Origin: Klebsiella pneumoniae
GTDB taxonomy: Bacteria > Pseudomonadota > Gammaproteobacteria > Ga0077536
Reading direction: 5' to 3'
Assembly (NCBI GenBank): GCA_945873015.1
Contig: CAMCBY010000002.1
Span: 1-38,230 of the forward strand
Length of the DNA stretch: 38,230 nucleotides
The position numbers were made by a program, and so were the translations under genes. Numbering within the stretch: position 1 is the stretch's first letter; the number at the start of each line of letters is the position of its first letter. Positions 1 to 11,414 of this stretch are shown here, piece after piece. The notes under the pieces are model-generated. The model was given only the letters and a program-made list of their open reading frames with translations. It ran no database searches and was not told the origin of the DNA.

Positions 1-954
1 TTTATCGTGCCCGAGGTCGAGGCCATCGCGACCGAGCAGTTGCTGGAACTGGAAAAGGCCGGCTTCAACGTGGTGCCGACCGCCAACGCTACGCGTCTGA
101 CCATGGATCGCGAAGGCATCCGTCGCCTCGCCGCCGAACAACTTGCCGTGCCGACTTCGCGTTACCAGTTCGCAGGTTCCGAGGCTGAATGTATGGCGGC
201 GGTCGCGGCGGTCGGCACGCCCTGCATCGTCAAGCCGGTCATGAGTTCCTCGGGCAAGGGTCAGATGACGGTGCGCGAGCCCGCTGACGCCGCCGCCGCC
301 TGGCGTTTTGCGATGGCGGGCGCGCGCGCTGCACGCGAGCGGGTGATCGTTGAGGGGTTTGTCGATTTCGACTACGAGATTACGCTGCTGACGGTGCGCC
401 ACGCCGGCGGTACGGATTTCTGCGCGCCCATCGGTCATCTGCAAATCGATGGCGATTACCGCGAATCCTGGCAGCCGCAGCCGATGAGCGCAGTGGCGCT
501 CGAGCGCTCGCGCGACATCGCCCGCACGGTGACCGCTGCGCTCGGCGGTTACGGCGTTTTCGGCGTGGAGCTGTTCATCAAGGGCGATGAGGTCTATTTC
601 AGCGAGGTCTCGCCGCGCCCCCACGACACCGGCATGGTGACCATGATTTCTCAGCCCTGGTCGCAGTTCGCGCTGCATGTGCGTGCGATTCTGGGCGTCA
701 AACTGCCGCCCATCGAAGCCTATGGCCCGTCCGCCAGCTGCGCGATTCTGGGCAGCGGTCACGGCAGCGACATTCGTTATCGCGGCTGGGACCAGGCGAT
801 GGCGGTGCCGGGCACTGACCTGCGCATTTTTGGCAAACCCGACATCGCCGGTAAGCGTCGCCTCGCCGTCGCGCTGGCGCGCGGCGAGAACATCGAAGAG
901 GCACGGGCCAAGGCGCGCGCCGCCGCCGCCTGTGTGGAAATCGTCATTAGCTGA
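1..954 (+). CDS. purT: Formate-dependent phosphoribosylglycinamide formyltransferase PurT, C-terminal ~317 aa (5' end outside window)
   Basis: Frame 1 is open from the window edge ([11 protein letters not shown]...) to TGA 952-954. The translation matches E. coli PurT along its length as recalled ([59 protein letters not shown]). Confidence 0.93.
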   Translation, partial: FIVPEVEAIATEQLLELEKAGFNVVPTANATRLTMDREGIRRLAAEQLAVPTSRYQFAGSEAECMAAVAAVGTPCIVKPVMSSSGKGQMTVREPADAAAAWRFAMAGARAARERVIVEGFVDFDYEITLLTVRHAGGTDFCAPIGHLQIDGDYRESWQPQPMSAVALERSRDIARTVTAALGGYGVFGVELFIKGDEVYFSEVSPRPHDTGMVTMISQPWSQFALHVRAILGVKLPPIEAYGPSASCAILGSGHGSDIRYRGWDQAMAVPGTDLRIFGKPDIAGKRRLAVALARGENIEEARAKARAAAACVEIVIS

Positions 955-991
955 GCCGGCCTTGCGGCCGGACTCGTAAGGGAGAGTTGTG

Positions 992-1378
992 ATGAGAATG
1001 CTGCACACCATGTTACGCGTGACCAAACTCGATGCCTCGCTGGCCTTCTATACCGAAGTGCTGGGCATGAAATTGCTCCGTCGCCACGATTTTCCCGAAG
1101 GCCGCTTTACGCTCGCTTTCGTCGGTTACGGTGAGGAAGACAGCAATACGGTGCTGGAGCTGACCCACAACTGGGACACCGACAGCTATGAACTCGGCAC
1201 CGCCTACGGCCACATCGCGCTCGGTGTGGCGGATGTCTATGCGGCCTGCAACGAAATCAAAGCGCGCGGCGGACGAGTGGTGCGCGAAGCGGGCCCGATG
1301 AAGGGCGGCACGCGCGTCATCGCCTTCGTTGAAGACCCGGATGGTTATAAGGTCGAACTGGTCGAAGACCGCGCCTGA
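992..1378 (+). CDS. gloA: Lactoylglutathione lyase (glyoxalase I)
   Basis: [10 protein letters not shown]...LAFVGYG...ELTHNW...[14 protein letters not shown]...[21 protein letters not shown] is nearly colinear with E. coli GloA. GGAGAG at 981-986 lies 5 nt before ATG 992; GTG 989 and ATG 998 are alternative starts. Confidence 0.93.
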   Translation: MRMLHTMLRVTKLDASLAFYTEVLGMKLLRRHDFPEGRFTLAFVGYGEEDSNTVLELTHNWDTDSYELGTAYGHIALGVADVYAACNEIKARGGRVVREAGPMKGGTRVIAFVEDPDGYKVELVEDRA

Positions 1379-1567
1379 CGAGCGGCGCACGACGCACGGC
1401 CACCACCCTATTCGGGAGTGGCTTTGTGCTACATTAGCGCTCCCTATGGGCGCATCCGGTTTCGCCTTCGCGGCGGGGCTTGCGCTCGTGGAATCCGATC
1501 ACGATGACCTGGCGCGACGCGTCCACGCGGCGAGCTATCAATCTGCTGGTGACAGAGGACCTAAGGC

Positions 1568-2191
1568 ATGAAGCGTTTCCTTCGAGTTTCGATGGCGTGT
1601 TTCCTTTTGATGGTGAGCACGCTCGCGTTCGCTGCCAGCGAAGTGGCGCCGCTCGATATCGTGCGTACCACCACCGACAACGTGTTGGCGCGGGTGAAAA
1701 CCGACAAAGAAAACCTGCGTGCCGACCCCGGCAAGATGTTCGACCTGGTGTCGGAACTGATCTTTCCGCACTTTGATTTCGCCATCATGGCGCAGTGGGT
1801 ATTGGGGGATAGCTGGGCGGGCGCCGATGAAACCACCCGCACCGCGTTCGTCGACCAGTTCCGCAAGTTGCTGGTGCGCACCTATGCCACCGCATTGCTC
1901 GAATTCTCCGATCAGACTATCGGCTACCCGGATGCCGATGCGGCGGTGGCGGCCAAAACCGCGACGGTCAAACAGGAAATCTCGGCACCTGGCAGTGCAT
2001 CGATTCCGATCGTCTACCGCCTGCACAACAAGACCGGCGACTGGAAAGTGTTCGACGTGTCGGTCGACGGCGTGAGTCTGATCAAGACGTATCGTGCGTC
2101 CTTCGCCGCCGCCATCAAGAACGACGGCTTGCCGGCGCTGATCCAGAGTCTGGAAACGAAGAACCAGCAGTTCGCCTCCAAGGCGCAATAA
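1568..2191 (+). CDS. mlaC: MlaC/Ttg2D-family periplasmic phospholipid-binding protein
   Basis: 207 aa with a signal peptide (MKRFLRVSMACFLLMVSTLAFA|AS). Family-typical blocks are present (FDF..MAQWVLG..W, F..LLV.TYA, WKV.DV.V.GVSL..TYR..F). It sits just upstream of the BolA-like gene and murA, as in the mla-ibaG-murA loci. Confidence 0.82.
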   Translation: MKRFLRVSMACFLLMVSTLAFAASEVAPLDIVRTTTDNVLARVKTDKENLRADPGKMFDLVSELIFPHFDFAIMAQWVLGDSWAGADETTRTAFVDQFRKLLVRTYATALLEFSDQTIGYPDADAAVAAKTATVKQEISAPGSASIPIVYRLHNKTGDWKVFDVSVDGVSLIKTYRASFAAAIKNDGLPALIQSLETKNQQFASKAQ

Positions 2192-2236
2192 CGACCTCCA
2201 CTTTCGCAAGACTCAAGTGTTAATACACAGGCAGGC

Positions 2237-3765
<1,529 letters not shown>

Positions 3766-3809
3766 CAACGTGGCGCCCGCGCCCGTTCACGCTTAAGTTC
3801 TGAGCGGAC

Positions 3810-4466
3810 ATGAGCAATACATTCAATTCCAATCCGGACGAGGTGATGCTCGCGGTCTCCAAGGGGCGCATCTATGAGCAGGCGATACCCTTGCTGGCGC
3901 GTATCGGCATCACGCCGACCGACGACCCGGACAAATCCCGCAAGCTGATTCTGGACACCACTCAACCCGGTGTGCGTCTCTTGGTCATTCGTGCGACCGA
4001 TGTGCCGACTTATGTCGAATATGGTGCGGCCGATCTCGGCATCGCCGGCAAGGACGTCCTGATGGAGTACGAGGGCAGCGACTATTACGAGCCGCTCGAT
4101 CTCAAGATTGCCCATTGCCGTCTGTCGGTGGCCGGGCCGCCGCAGGCCACCCTTACCGATGGCCGCACGCGGGTCGCGACCAAATACTCGAAGGTCGCGC
4201 GTGAATATTACGCGCGGCTCGGCGTGCAGGCCGAGGTCATCAAACTCTATGGCTCGATGGAACTCGCGCCGCTGGTGGGGCTTGCTGATCGTATTGTCGA
4301 CCTCGTTGATACCGGCAACACGCTGCGCGCCAACGGTCTGGTCGAGTTTGAGACCATCTGCGAGATAAGTTCGCGTCTGATAGTGAACAAAGCGGCGATG
4401 AAGACCAAACACAAACGCGTCAGCGCGATCATTGCCGCGCTGCGCGCGGTGGTGAACGATGCTTGA
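3810..4466 (+). CDS. hisG: ATP phosphoribosyltransferase, short (HisZ-dependent) form
   Basis: 218 aa, near-colinear with Pseudomonas HisG as recalled (SKGRI....PLL...[68 protein letters not shown]). It lacks the C-terminal regulatory domain of long HisG. ATG 3846 (MLAVSKGRI...) is an alternative start. Confidence 0.93.
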   Translation: MSNTFNSNPDEVMLAVSKGRIYEQAIPLLARIGITPTDDPDKSRKLILDTTQPGVRLLVIRATDVPTYVEYGAADLGIAGKDVLMEYEGSDYYEPLDLKIAHCRLSVAGPPQATLTDGRTRVATKYSKVAREYYARLGVQAEVIKLYGSMELAPLVGLADRIVDLVDTGNTLRANGLVEFETICEISSRLIVNKAAMKTKHKRVSAIIAALRAVVNDA

Positions 4467-5766
4467 GTCGCCGCTGATACGCCGGCTCGACGCCAGCGCG
4501 GCCGGCTTCGACGCCGAACTGTCGACCCTGCTGGCGTGGGATGACGATAGCCGACCGGACGTTATCGAAACCGTGCGCGGCATCGTCAACGATGTGCGTC
4601 GTCGCGGTGATGCCGCGCTCATCGAATACACCAATCGATTTGACCGCCGTCAGGTTGGCGCAGCGCGCGAACTGGAACTCAAGGACTTCGCCAGCCACGG
4701 CGCGAGTATTGCGCCCGAGCTTGCCGAAGCGCTGCGCGCTGCGGCGGCACGCGTGCGCGCCTATCACGAACACCAGAAAGCCGAGTCCTGGGAATATCGC
4801 GAGGCCGACGGCACGGTGCTCGGTCAGCAATTGCGTGCGCTCGACCGCGTCGGCATCTATGTGCCGGGCGGCAAGGCTGCCTATCCGTCATCGGTATTGA
4901 TGAACGCCATCCCGGCCAAGGTGGCCGGTGTCGGCGAAGTGGTGATGGTGGTGCCGGCACCCGACAACGTACTCGAACCGGTGGTGCTGGCGGCCGCCGC
5001 CATCGCTGGTGTCGACCGCCTGTTTACCATCGGTGGTGCGCAGGCGGTGGCCGCGCTCGCCTATGGCACCGAGACCGTGCCGGCGGTCGATAAAATTGTC
5101 GGGCCCGGCAATATCTACGTAGCGACTGCCAAAGCCATGGTGTTCGGACGCGTTGGCATCGACATGATCGCCGGGCCATCGGAAATCCTCGTGATCTGCG
5201 ACGGTGGCACCGATCCCGACTGGATAGCGATGGATTTGTTCTCGCAGGCCGAACACGACGAGCAGGCGCAGTCGATTCTGCTGTCGCCCGACGCAGCCTA
5301 TCTCGACGCAGTCGCGGCCAGTATCGCGCGCCTGTTACCCGACATGCCGCGCGCCGACATCATTCGTCAGGCCCTGGCCGCGCGTGGCGCACTGATCAAA
5401 GTTGAAAGCATCGGGCACGCCATCGCGCTCGCCAATCGCATCGCGCCTGAGCATCTTGAGCTGTCAATCGCTGAACCGCGACGCTGGTTGCCCGAGATTC
5501 GTCATGCTGGTGCCATTTTTCTCGGGCGTTATACCGCCGAGGCGCTCGGCGATTATTGTGCCGGGCCCAATCACGTTTTGCCGACCGCCGGCAGCGCGCG
5601 CTTTTCGTCGCCGCTCGGCGTTTATGACTTTCAGAAGCGTTCTTCCATCATCGAGTGTTCGGCGGCCGGCGCTGCACAGCTCGGCCGGGTGGCGGGCACG
5701 CTGGCGCGCGGCGAGGGCTTGGTAGCCCATGCCCGCTCGGCCGAATATCGAGTGCCGAAGCCATGA
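4459..5766 (+). CDS. hisD: Histidinol dehydrogenase
   Basis: 435 aa with long stretches shared with known HisD ([103 protein letters not shown]). ATG 4459 overlaps the hisG stop by 8 nt. Confidence 0.97.
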   Translation: MLESPLIRRLDASAAGFDAELSTLLAWDDDSRPDVIETVRGIVNDVRRRGDAALIEYTNRFDRRQVGAARELELKDFASHGASIAPELAEALRAAAARVRAYHEHQKAESWEYREADGTVLGQQLRALDRVGIYVPGGKAAYPSSVLMNAIPAKVAGVGEVVMVVPAPDNVLEPVVLAAAAIAGVDRLFTIGGAQAVAALAYGTETVPAVDKIVGPGNIYVATAKAMVFGRVGIDMIAGPSEILVICDGGTDPDWIAMDLFSQAEHDEQAQSILLSPDAAYLDAVAASIARLLPDMPRADIIRQALAARGALIKVESIGHAIALANRIAPEHLELSIAEPRRWLPEIRHAGAIFLGRYTAEALGDYCAGPNHVLPTAGSARFSSPLGVYDFQKRSSIIECSAAGAAQLGRVAGTLARGEGLVAHARSAEYRVPKP

Positions 5767-6851
5767 GTATCGAAGACCGTATTGCGCGTTTTGTATCGCC
5801 CTGGGTGCGGGATCTGACTCCCTATCATGTCGCTGACGCGAGTGGGCTCATCAAGCTCGACGCGATGGAAAACCCGTTCCCATTGCCCGCGACTTTGCGC
5901 GAACAATGGAATGACGCCATCGCACGCACCGAGCTCAATCGTTATCCCGACCCGCATTCCAGCGCGCTGAAGGCCGCCTGGCGCACGAGTCTCGCGCTGC
6001 CCGAGTCGCTGGCGATGATCCTCGGCAATGGTTCGGATGAACTCATTCATCTGTTGTGTCTGGCGGTCGCCGGGGTGCCGGGCGCGACCGTGCTGAGTCC
6101 CGAGCCGAGTTTCGCGGTGTACCGCATTGCCGCCCAGTCGTTGGGTTTGGATTTTGTCGGCGTGCCGCTCAACGAAAACGATTTTTCACTCGATGTGCCG
6201 GCCATGCTGGCAGCCATAGAGCGCAGCCAGCCGGCCTTGGTATTTCTCGCCAGCCCGAATAATCCGACCGCCAATCGTATCGATGGCGAAGGGCTTGAGG
6301 CAATCTGCGCCGCCACGCCGGGTCTCGTGGTGCTGGACGAGGCGTATTACCGTTTCGCCAATGGCACGCGGGTCAAGGAAGCGGGCAATTTCGACAACCT
6401 GGTGGTCATGCACACTTTGTCGAAGATAGGTCTTGCCGGCCTGCGGCTTGGCGCATTGTTCGGCGCGTCGCCCTGGATAGACCTGCTCGAACGGCTGCGT
6501 ATGCCGTACAACATCAACACCCTGACCCAGGTCGGCGCGCAGTTCGCGCTCGAGCATCTGGGCGACTTCGAGCGTCAGATTGCGCTCATCATGGAAGCGC
6601 GTGCCGATCTGCATGCCGCGCTATCGGACTTGCCCGGCATTCGGGCCTGGCCCAGCGCCACCAACTTCATTCTGTTCCGCACGCCGTCGGGTCGTGCCAC
6701 GGCCGTCTTTGAGTCCTTGCGCGCCCAGGGCGTATTGATCAAGAACGTCTCAGCGGCCCATCCGCTGCTGACCGATTGCCTGCGTGTGACGGTCGGTACA
6801 CCGCGCGAAAACGCAATTTTTATCGCCGCGCTGACCAAAGCGCTGGCTTGA
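5763..6851 (+). CDS. hisC: Histidinol-phosphate aminotransferase
   Basis: [10 protein letters not shown]... start at ATG 5763 forms an ATGA overlap with the hisD stop; the track ORF from 5655 is an upstream extension over hisD. Features: LD.MENP motif, NPNNPT, PLP-lysine block [23 protein letters not shown]. Confidence 0.93.
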   Translation: MSIEDRIARFVSPWVRDLTPYHVADASGLIKLDAMENPFPLPATLREQWNDAIARTELNRYPDPHSSALKAAWRTSLALPESLAMILGNGSDELIHLLCLAVAGVPGATVLSPEPSFAVYRIAAQSLGLDFVGVPLNENDFSLDVPAMLAAIERSQPALVFLASPNNPTANRIDGEGLEAICAATPGLVVLDEAYYRFANGTRVKEAGNFDNLVVMHTLSKIGLAGLRLGALFGASPWIDLLERLRMPYNINTLTQVGAQFALEHLGDFERQIALIMEARADLHAALSDLPGIRAWPSATNFILFRTPSGRATAVFESLRAQGVLIKNVSAAHPLLTDCLRVTVGTPRENAIFIAALTKALA

Positions 6852-6893
6852 AAAACGAGCGTCGCCAGACCCTGTTCGAGACCGCCCGCAGAC

Positions 6894-6921
6894 CCTGACC
6901 ACCGCGATTTTGGTGTTATAC
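6894..6921 (+). promoter_or_regulatory. Candidate sigma70 promoter for petABC (extended -10)
   Basis: TGtTATACT at 6913-6921 (extended -10; hexamer TATACT 6916-6921). CTGACC at 6894-6899 serves as a -35 with a 16-nt spacer. It would give a leader of about 180 nt before petA. Pattern match by eye only. Confidence 0.3.
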
Positions 6922-7110
6922 TCGCCAGCCATCAGACGTGACCTTCGACGTCGTGCGGCGACCATGGCACAAGGCATGCGAAATGCGCGTTGCGCGAGTG
7001 GATATTTCGCGGGGCGAGGGGACGTCATCGGTATCTGTGTCTGTGCCTGCGCTGGGTTTACCCGTGCGCGGGCACCGGCATGACCATCACATTGCAGGAG
7101 ACCTTGTAGC

Positions 7111-7707
7111 ATGAGCGAGACTGCTGTCGATCTGGATCGACGCCGCTTTCTCACCGGCACCGCCGCCATCATTGGCGGCCTCGGTGCGGCAACCGCAGCG
7201 GTACCATTCATCGCGTCGTTCCAACCGAGTGCGCGGGCCAAGGCCATCGGCGCACCGGTAGAGGCCGACATCAGTACTATCGAGCCAGGTCAGCAAGTGA
7301 CCTTCAAATGGCGCGGTAAGCCGGTGTGGGTGCTGCGTCGCACGCCCGAGCAGATCGAAGCGCTCAAAGCGACTGACGGTCCGGCGCTGGGTGATCCGGA
7401 GTCGGCCAAATCAGAGCAACCGGAGTTCGCAGCCAACGCGTGGCGCTCCTCCAAGCCTGAATTTCTGGTGCTGGTCGGGGTATGCACCCATCTCGGCTGC
7501 TCACCGTCGTTCCGCCCCTTGCCCGACGCCGACACTGGCCCGACCTGGAAAGGTGGCTATTTCTGCCCCTGTCATGGTTCGAAGTTCGACCTTGCCGGCC
7601 GCGTTTTTGCGGGCGTGCCGGCGCCGACCAATATGACGGTGCCGCCGTATAAATACCTCAGCGACACCCGCATCCTGATCGGCGAATCCGATGGAGGCTC
7701 GGCATGA
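7111..7707 (+). CDS. petA: Ubiquinol-cytochrome c reductase Rieske iron-sulfur subunit
   Basis: 198 aa. Twin-arginine signal DRRRFLTG. Rieske 2Fe-2S boxes CTHLGCSP and CPCHGSKFD. Confidence 0.96.
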   Translation: MSETAVDLDRRRFLTGTAAIIGGLGAATAAVPFIASFQPSARAKAIGAPVEADISTIEPGQQVTFKWRGKPVWVLRRTPEQIEALKATDGPALGDPESAKSEQPEFAANAWRSSKPEFLVLVGVCTHLGCSPSFRPLPDADTGPTWKGGYFCPCHGSKFDLAGRVFAGVPAPTNMTVPPYKYLSDTRILIGESDGGSA

Positions 7708-8957
7708 GTTTAATCACCAAGGGCCTCACCGGCCTGCGCGACTGGGTCGATGATCGTTTCCCGCTGGTGCAGTTGTGGAACGATCACATGGGCGCCTATT
7801 ACGCGCCCAAGAACTTCAACTTCTGGTACTACTTCGGCGTGTTGTCGCTGGTGGTGCTGGTGATTCAGATCGTGACCGGCATCTGGCTGGTCATGAACTA
7901 CAAGCCCGATGCCACGCTGGCCTTCGCGTCAGTTGAATACATCATGCGCGATGTGGAATGGGGCTGGTTGATTCGCTACATGCATTCGACCGGTGCCTCG
8001 TTCTTTTTCATCGTCGTGTACCTGCATATGTTCCGCGGCATTATGTACGGCTCGTATAAACAGCCGCGTGAGCTGATCTGGATCCTCGGCATGTTCATCT
8101 ACCTGTCGCTGATGGCCGAGGCTTTCTTCGGCTATCTGCTGCCGTGGGGTCAGATGTCGTTCTGGGGCGCGCAGGTCATCACCTCGCTTTTTGGAGCGAT
8201 TCCGGTGGTCGGTCAATCACTCGCCGAGTTAATTCGCGGCGATTACGTGATCTCCGACACGACCTTGAACCGCTTCTTCTCCTTCCACGTCATTGCGCTG
8301 CCTTTTGCGATTGCCGGGCTGGTGGTGTTGCACATCATCGCGCTGCACGAAGTGGGTTCGAACAACCCCGATGGCGTCGAAATCAAGAAGCTGAAAGACA
8401 AGGACGGCAAACCGCTGGACGGCATTCCCTTCCATCCTTACTACACGGTCAAGGATTCGGTCGGTGTGGTGGTGTTCCTGATGCTGTTCTCGGCAGTGGT
8501 GTTCTTCGCGCCGGAAATGGGTGGTTATTTCCTGGAAGCCAACAACTTCATTCCGGCCGACCCGATGAAGACCCCGCTGCATATCGCACCGGTGTGGTAT
8601 TTCACGCCGTTCTACTCGATTCTGCGGGCCAACACCTATCCCTTCCTCGGCGTCGATGCGAAGTTGTGGGGTGTGATCTTCATGGGGCTAGGCACCATGG
8701 TGTTCTTCCTGCTGCCGTGGCTCGATCGCAGCCCGGTGAAGTCGATTCGTTACCGTGGCGCGCTCTATAAGTCGGCTTTGGGCATATTCGTCGTATGTTT
8801 CGTGATCCTGGGATACCTCGGCATCCTGCCGGTCACCGACGGCCGTACCCTGGTCGCTCAGATCTGCACGGTGTTGTACTTCCTGTTCTTTATCCTCATG
8901 CCGTTCTATACGAAATGGGACAAGACCAAGCCGGTACCGGAAAGGGTGACGCACTGA
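7704..8957 (+). CDS. petB: Cytochrome b subunit of the bc1 complex
   Basis: 417 aa polytopic protein with cytochrome b blocks (RYMHSTGASFFF, WGAQVIT, FSFHV..P, HPYYT.KD, APVWYF). ATGA overlap with the petA stop. Confidence 0.96.
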   Translation: MSLITKGLTGLRDWVDDRFPLVQLWNDHMGAYYAPKNFNFWYYFGVLSLVVLVIQIVTGIWLVMNYKPDATLAFASVEYIMRDVEWGWLIRYMHSTGASFFFIVVYLHMFRGIMYGSYKQPRELIWILGMFIYLSLMAEAFFGYLLPWGQMSFWGAQVITSLFGAIPVVGQSLAELIRGDYVISDTTLNRFFSFHVIALPFAIAGLVVLHIIALHEVGSNNPDGVEIKKLKDKDGKPLDGIPFHPYYTVKDSVGVVVFLMLFSAVVFFAPEMGGYFLEANNFIPADPMKTPLHIAPVWYFTPFYSILRANTYPFLGVDAKLWGVIFMGLGTMVFFLLPWLDRSPVKSIRYRGALYKSALGIFVVCFVILGYLGILPVTDGRTLVAQICTVLYFLFFILMPFYTKWDKTKPVPERVTH

Positions 8958-9706
8958 TGAAAACGTTCATCTTCGCCTTGTGTTTGATGGGCTGGGCCGG
9001 CCTGGTGTCGGCCAACGTAGCGGGTCCGGCATTGCTGGAAAGCCACGCCAGCCTCGACAGCAAAAATAACCTGCAGCGCGGCGCGCGCACGTTCGTCAAC
9101 TATTGCCTGAGCTGCCATTCGGCGAGCTACATGCGGTATAGCCGCCTGGCCGATGATCTGGGGCTGACCAAGGAAGCGGTGGCACAGAACCTCATGTTCA
9201 CCACCGACAAGATTGGCAACCCGATGCAGGTCGCGATGAAGCCGGCCGACGCCGAACAGTGGTTCGGTGTGCCGCCTCCGGACCTGTCGGTCATCGCGCG
9301 GGCGCGCGGCGCCGACTGGCTCTATTCCTTCCTGATGGGTTTCTATCAGGACGAAAAGCGTCCTACCGGGTCCAACAATCTCTACTTCCCGACCACGGCG
9401 ATGCCGGCGGTGCTGTCACGTTTGCAAGGCATACAGGTGTTGAAGCCTGCGGCTGAGGGCGACGCGGCCCACGACGGCGGTCATGGCGGACACGCCGGCC
9501 CGACCCTGGAGCTGGCGATGGCCGGCACCATGTCACCGGAAGAGTATGCGACCACGGTGCGCGACCTCGTCAGCTTCATGGTCTACCTCGGCGAACCGGC
9601 CAAGCTCGTACGCTATCGCATCGGGTTCTGGGTGATTGCGTTCCTGTTCGTATTGTTCATCGCGACCTATCTCCTGAAGAAAGAATACTGGAAGGATGTT
9701 CATTGA
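8957..9706 (+). CDS. petC: Cytochrome c1
   Basis: ATG 8957 shares 1 nt with the petB stop (TGATG). Signal peptide MKTFIFALCLMGWAGLVSA, heme motif CLSCH, PPDLS block, C-terminal membrane anchor FWVIAFLFVLFIATYLL. The track ORF start at 8795 is an upstream extension over petB. Confidence 0.93.
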   Translation: MKTFIFALCLMGWAGLVSANVAGPALLESHASLDSKNNLQRGARTFVNYCLSCHSASYMRYSRLADDLGLTKEAVAQNLMFTTDKIGNPMQVAMKPADAEQWFGVPPPDLSVIARARGADWLYSFLMGFYQDEKRPTGSNNLYFPTTAMPAVLSRLQGIQVLKPAAEGDAAHDGGHGGHAGPTLELAMAGTMSPEEYATTVRDLVSFMVYLGEPAKLVRYRIGFWVIAFLFVLFIATYLLKKEYWKDVH

Positions 9707-9707
9707 T

Positions 9708-10331
9708 ATGACCGCACTGGCTAATCGGCGGTCGGTCATGACGCTTTATGCAGACGCCGCCGACCCGCTGGGGCACAGTGTTCGCCTCGTATTGATGGAA
9801 AAGGATATCAATGTCGAAATCCATTTCATCGACGAGGACAGCAAACCCGAGGATCTCAACGACCTCAACCCGTACCACAACCTGCTGACACTCATCGATC
9901 GTGATCTGGTGCTGTATGACGCCCAGATCATGATGGAGTATCTGGACGAGCGTTATCCGCACCCGCCGCTCATGCCGGTCGACCCGGTCTCGCGGGCGAA
10001 TAACCGCCAGTTCCGTTTTCGCATCGTGCGCGACCTCTATTCACTGGCGGCCGATCTGGAAGGCGATAACGAAATCGCCGCAGCCAACGCGCGCAAGAAC
10101 ATGCGTGACAACCTCATGGCCATCTCGCCAGTGTTCGGCCAGTTTCCGTTTTTTATGTCGGCCGAGTTTTCGCTGGTCGATTTGTGCATGGCGCCGCTGT
10201 TATGGCGTCTGCCACGCTACGGTGTGAAGCTCTCGCCGCAGGCCAAGCCGCTCTTGAAGTACGCCGACAAGCTGTTTGACCGGCGCGCCTTCCAGATCAG
10301 CCTGTCGCCCGTCGAGCAGGAAATCCGCTGA
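9708..10331 (+). CDS. sspA: Stringent starvation protein A (GST-like RNAP-associated protein)
   Basis: MTALANRRSVMTLY... parallels the E. coli SspA N-terminus (ANKRSVMTLF). Also IMEYLDERYPHPPLMPV, FSLVD...APLLWRL. ATG 9708 is 1 nt after the petC stop. Confidence 0.94.
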   Translation: MTALANRRSVMTLYADAADPLGHSVRLVLMEKDINVEIHFIDEDSKPEDLNDLNPYHNLLTLIDRDLVLYDAQIMMEYLDERYPHPPLMPVDPVSRANNRQFRFRIVRDLYSLAADLEGDNEIAAANARKNMRDNLMAISPVFGQFPFFMSAEFSLVDLCMAPLLWRLPRYGVKLSPQAKPLLKYADKLFDRRAFQISLSPVEQEIR

Positions 10332-10352
10332 TCCGCCGCGCGACTCACCATC

Positions 10353-10772
10353 GTGAGCAACGCCACCCCCATGACTTCCACGCGTCCCTATCTGATTCGG
10401 GCACTGTACGAATGGATAGTCGATAACCAGTGCACCCCGCACCTGCTGGTCGAGGTCAAAGATGATCAGACGCGGGTGCCGCGTCAGTTTGTCGATAAAG
10501 GGGTGATCGTGTTGAACGTAGCGCCGAGTGCGGTCAAGCACCTGCTGTTAGGCAATGACCGCATCAGTTTCAGCGCGCGATTTGGCGGCACTCCCCACGA
10601 CATCGATGTGCCGGTGTCGGCGGTGCAGGCAATCTACGCGCGCGAAAACGGTCAAGGCATCTTTCTCGGTGACGCCAGCGAGGAGAACGTGCCCGTGGCA
10701 ACGGTCGATGGCGAGACGCCGCAGGTCGCGCAGCCGGGCAGCAAGCCGCCCCATCTCACTATCGTCAAATAA
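10353..10772 (+). CDS. sspB: ClpXP adaptor SspB
   Basis: RPYLIRALYEWIVDNQCTPHLLVEV matches the SspB N-domain. The C-terminal LTIVK resembles the ClpX-binding tail (E. coli LRVVK). Start is GTG 10353 or ATG 10371. Confidence 0.92.
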   Translation: MSNATPMTSTRPYLIRALYEWIVDNQCTPHLLVEVKDDQTRVPRQFVDKGVIVLNVAPSAVKHLLLGNDRISFSARFGGTPHDIDVPVSAVQAIYARENGQGIFLGDASEENVPVATVDGETPQVAQPGSKPPHLTIVK

Positions 10773-10817
10773 GCCCGTCGCGACGTATCGCTGCCGCGCG
10801 CAAGGGCGTAGCCCGGT

Positions 10818-11414
10818 TTAGCGGTATTCGAACAGTTTCACGACACGCTGCACGCCCGCCGTCTGGCTGGCGAGTTGTGCGGCGAGATCGCCTTCTTCCT
10901 GTTTTACGAGGCCCAGCAGGTAGACCGTTCCGGCTTCGGTCACGACCTTGATGCGAATCGCATTCAATTCCTTGGCGCCGACTATCTTGGCTTTGACGCT
11001 GGTAGTCAGCCAGCTGTCGGTGGTGCGTGCGCTGATCGGACTCGGTGCGGCAATCGTCACTTCGTTGTGCGCGGTGCGCACCTTCTCGATGCCCTTGACC
11101 ATCTCGAACACGCGACTGCGCATGTCTTCGGTCGGCGCCTCACCAGTCACCACCACGACCTGGTTGTAACTGACGACGTTGATATGGGTCTGCTGCGAGA
11201 GCTCCTTGTCGCCGCGCAACAGATTGCCGGCCTTCAGTTCAATGCTCTCATCCTCCACCTGCGAACCGGTAGTACGCGGGTCGCCCACCACCGTGGCGCC
11301 ACCGGCTGCCCCGCCCAGCACCACACCGATGCAGCCGCTGAGCGAGCCTGCCAGCAAGGTCGCTGCCGCGAGGCGCGCCATCCAGGCCGCGTTGAAAATT
11401 CCTGTGGTTCTCAT
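10818..11414 (-). CDS. dolP: BON-domain outer-membrane lipoprotein (DolP/YraP family)
   Basis: 198 aa. Lipobox LSGC after a hydrophobic signal, then two BON-like repeats (V.V.S.N..V...G....). AGGAG lies 6 nt upstream of the ATG. The gene sits downstream of diaA and yraN, as in the E. coli yraN-diaA-yraP arrangement. Confidence 0.85.
   Translation of the reverse strand: MRTTGIFNAAWMARLAAATLLAGSLSGCIGVVLGGAAGGATVVGDPRTTGSQVEDESIELKAGNLLRGDKELSQQTHINVVSYNQVVVVTGEAPTEDMRSRVFEMVKGIEKVRTAHNEVTIAAPSPISARTTDSWLTTSVKAKIVGAKELNAIRIKVVTEAGTVYLLGLVKQEEGDLAAQLASQTAGVQRVVKLFEYR

Noticed and set aside
3766-3809. Histidine leader peptide or attenuator upstream of hisG
   Set aside because: The 44-bp spacer has no His-codon run, no small ORF and no terminator hairpin.
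5655-5762. N-terminal extensions in the track for hisC (5655), petC (8795), rsmI (14196), mraZ (15895), murE (19279), murC (26819), murB (28092) and ftsZ (32283)
   Set aside because: In each case the extension overlaps the upstream gene or spacer and lacks homology. A downstream start matches homolog N-termini and usually forms an ATGA/TGATG coupling junction or has a Shine-Dalgarno sequence.
7080-7109. 9-codon mini-ORF (MTITLQETL*) ending 1 nt before the petA start codon
   Set aside because: It has no Shine-Dalgarno sequence. It contains the petA ribosome-binding GGAG within it and is short enough to be chance. It is mentioned only as part of the leader description.
10773-10817. Looked for a bidirectional rho-independent terminator in the 45-bp convergent sspB/dolP spacer
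   Set aside because: Only 4-bp stems (GCGA-cgta-TCGC, GGGC-gta-GCCC) and an 8-bp palindrome GTCGCGAC are present, with no U-tract on either strand. This does not support a terminator call.
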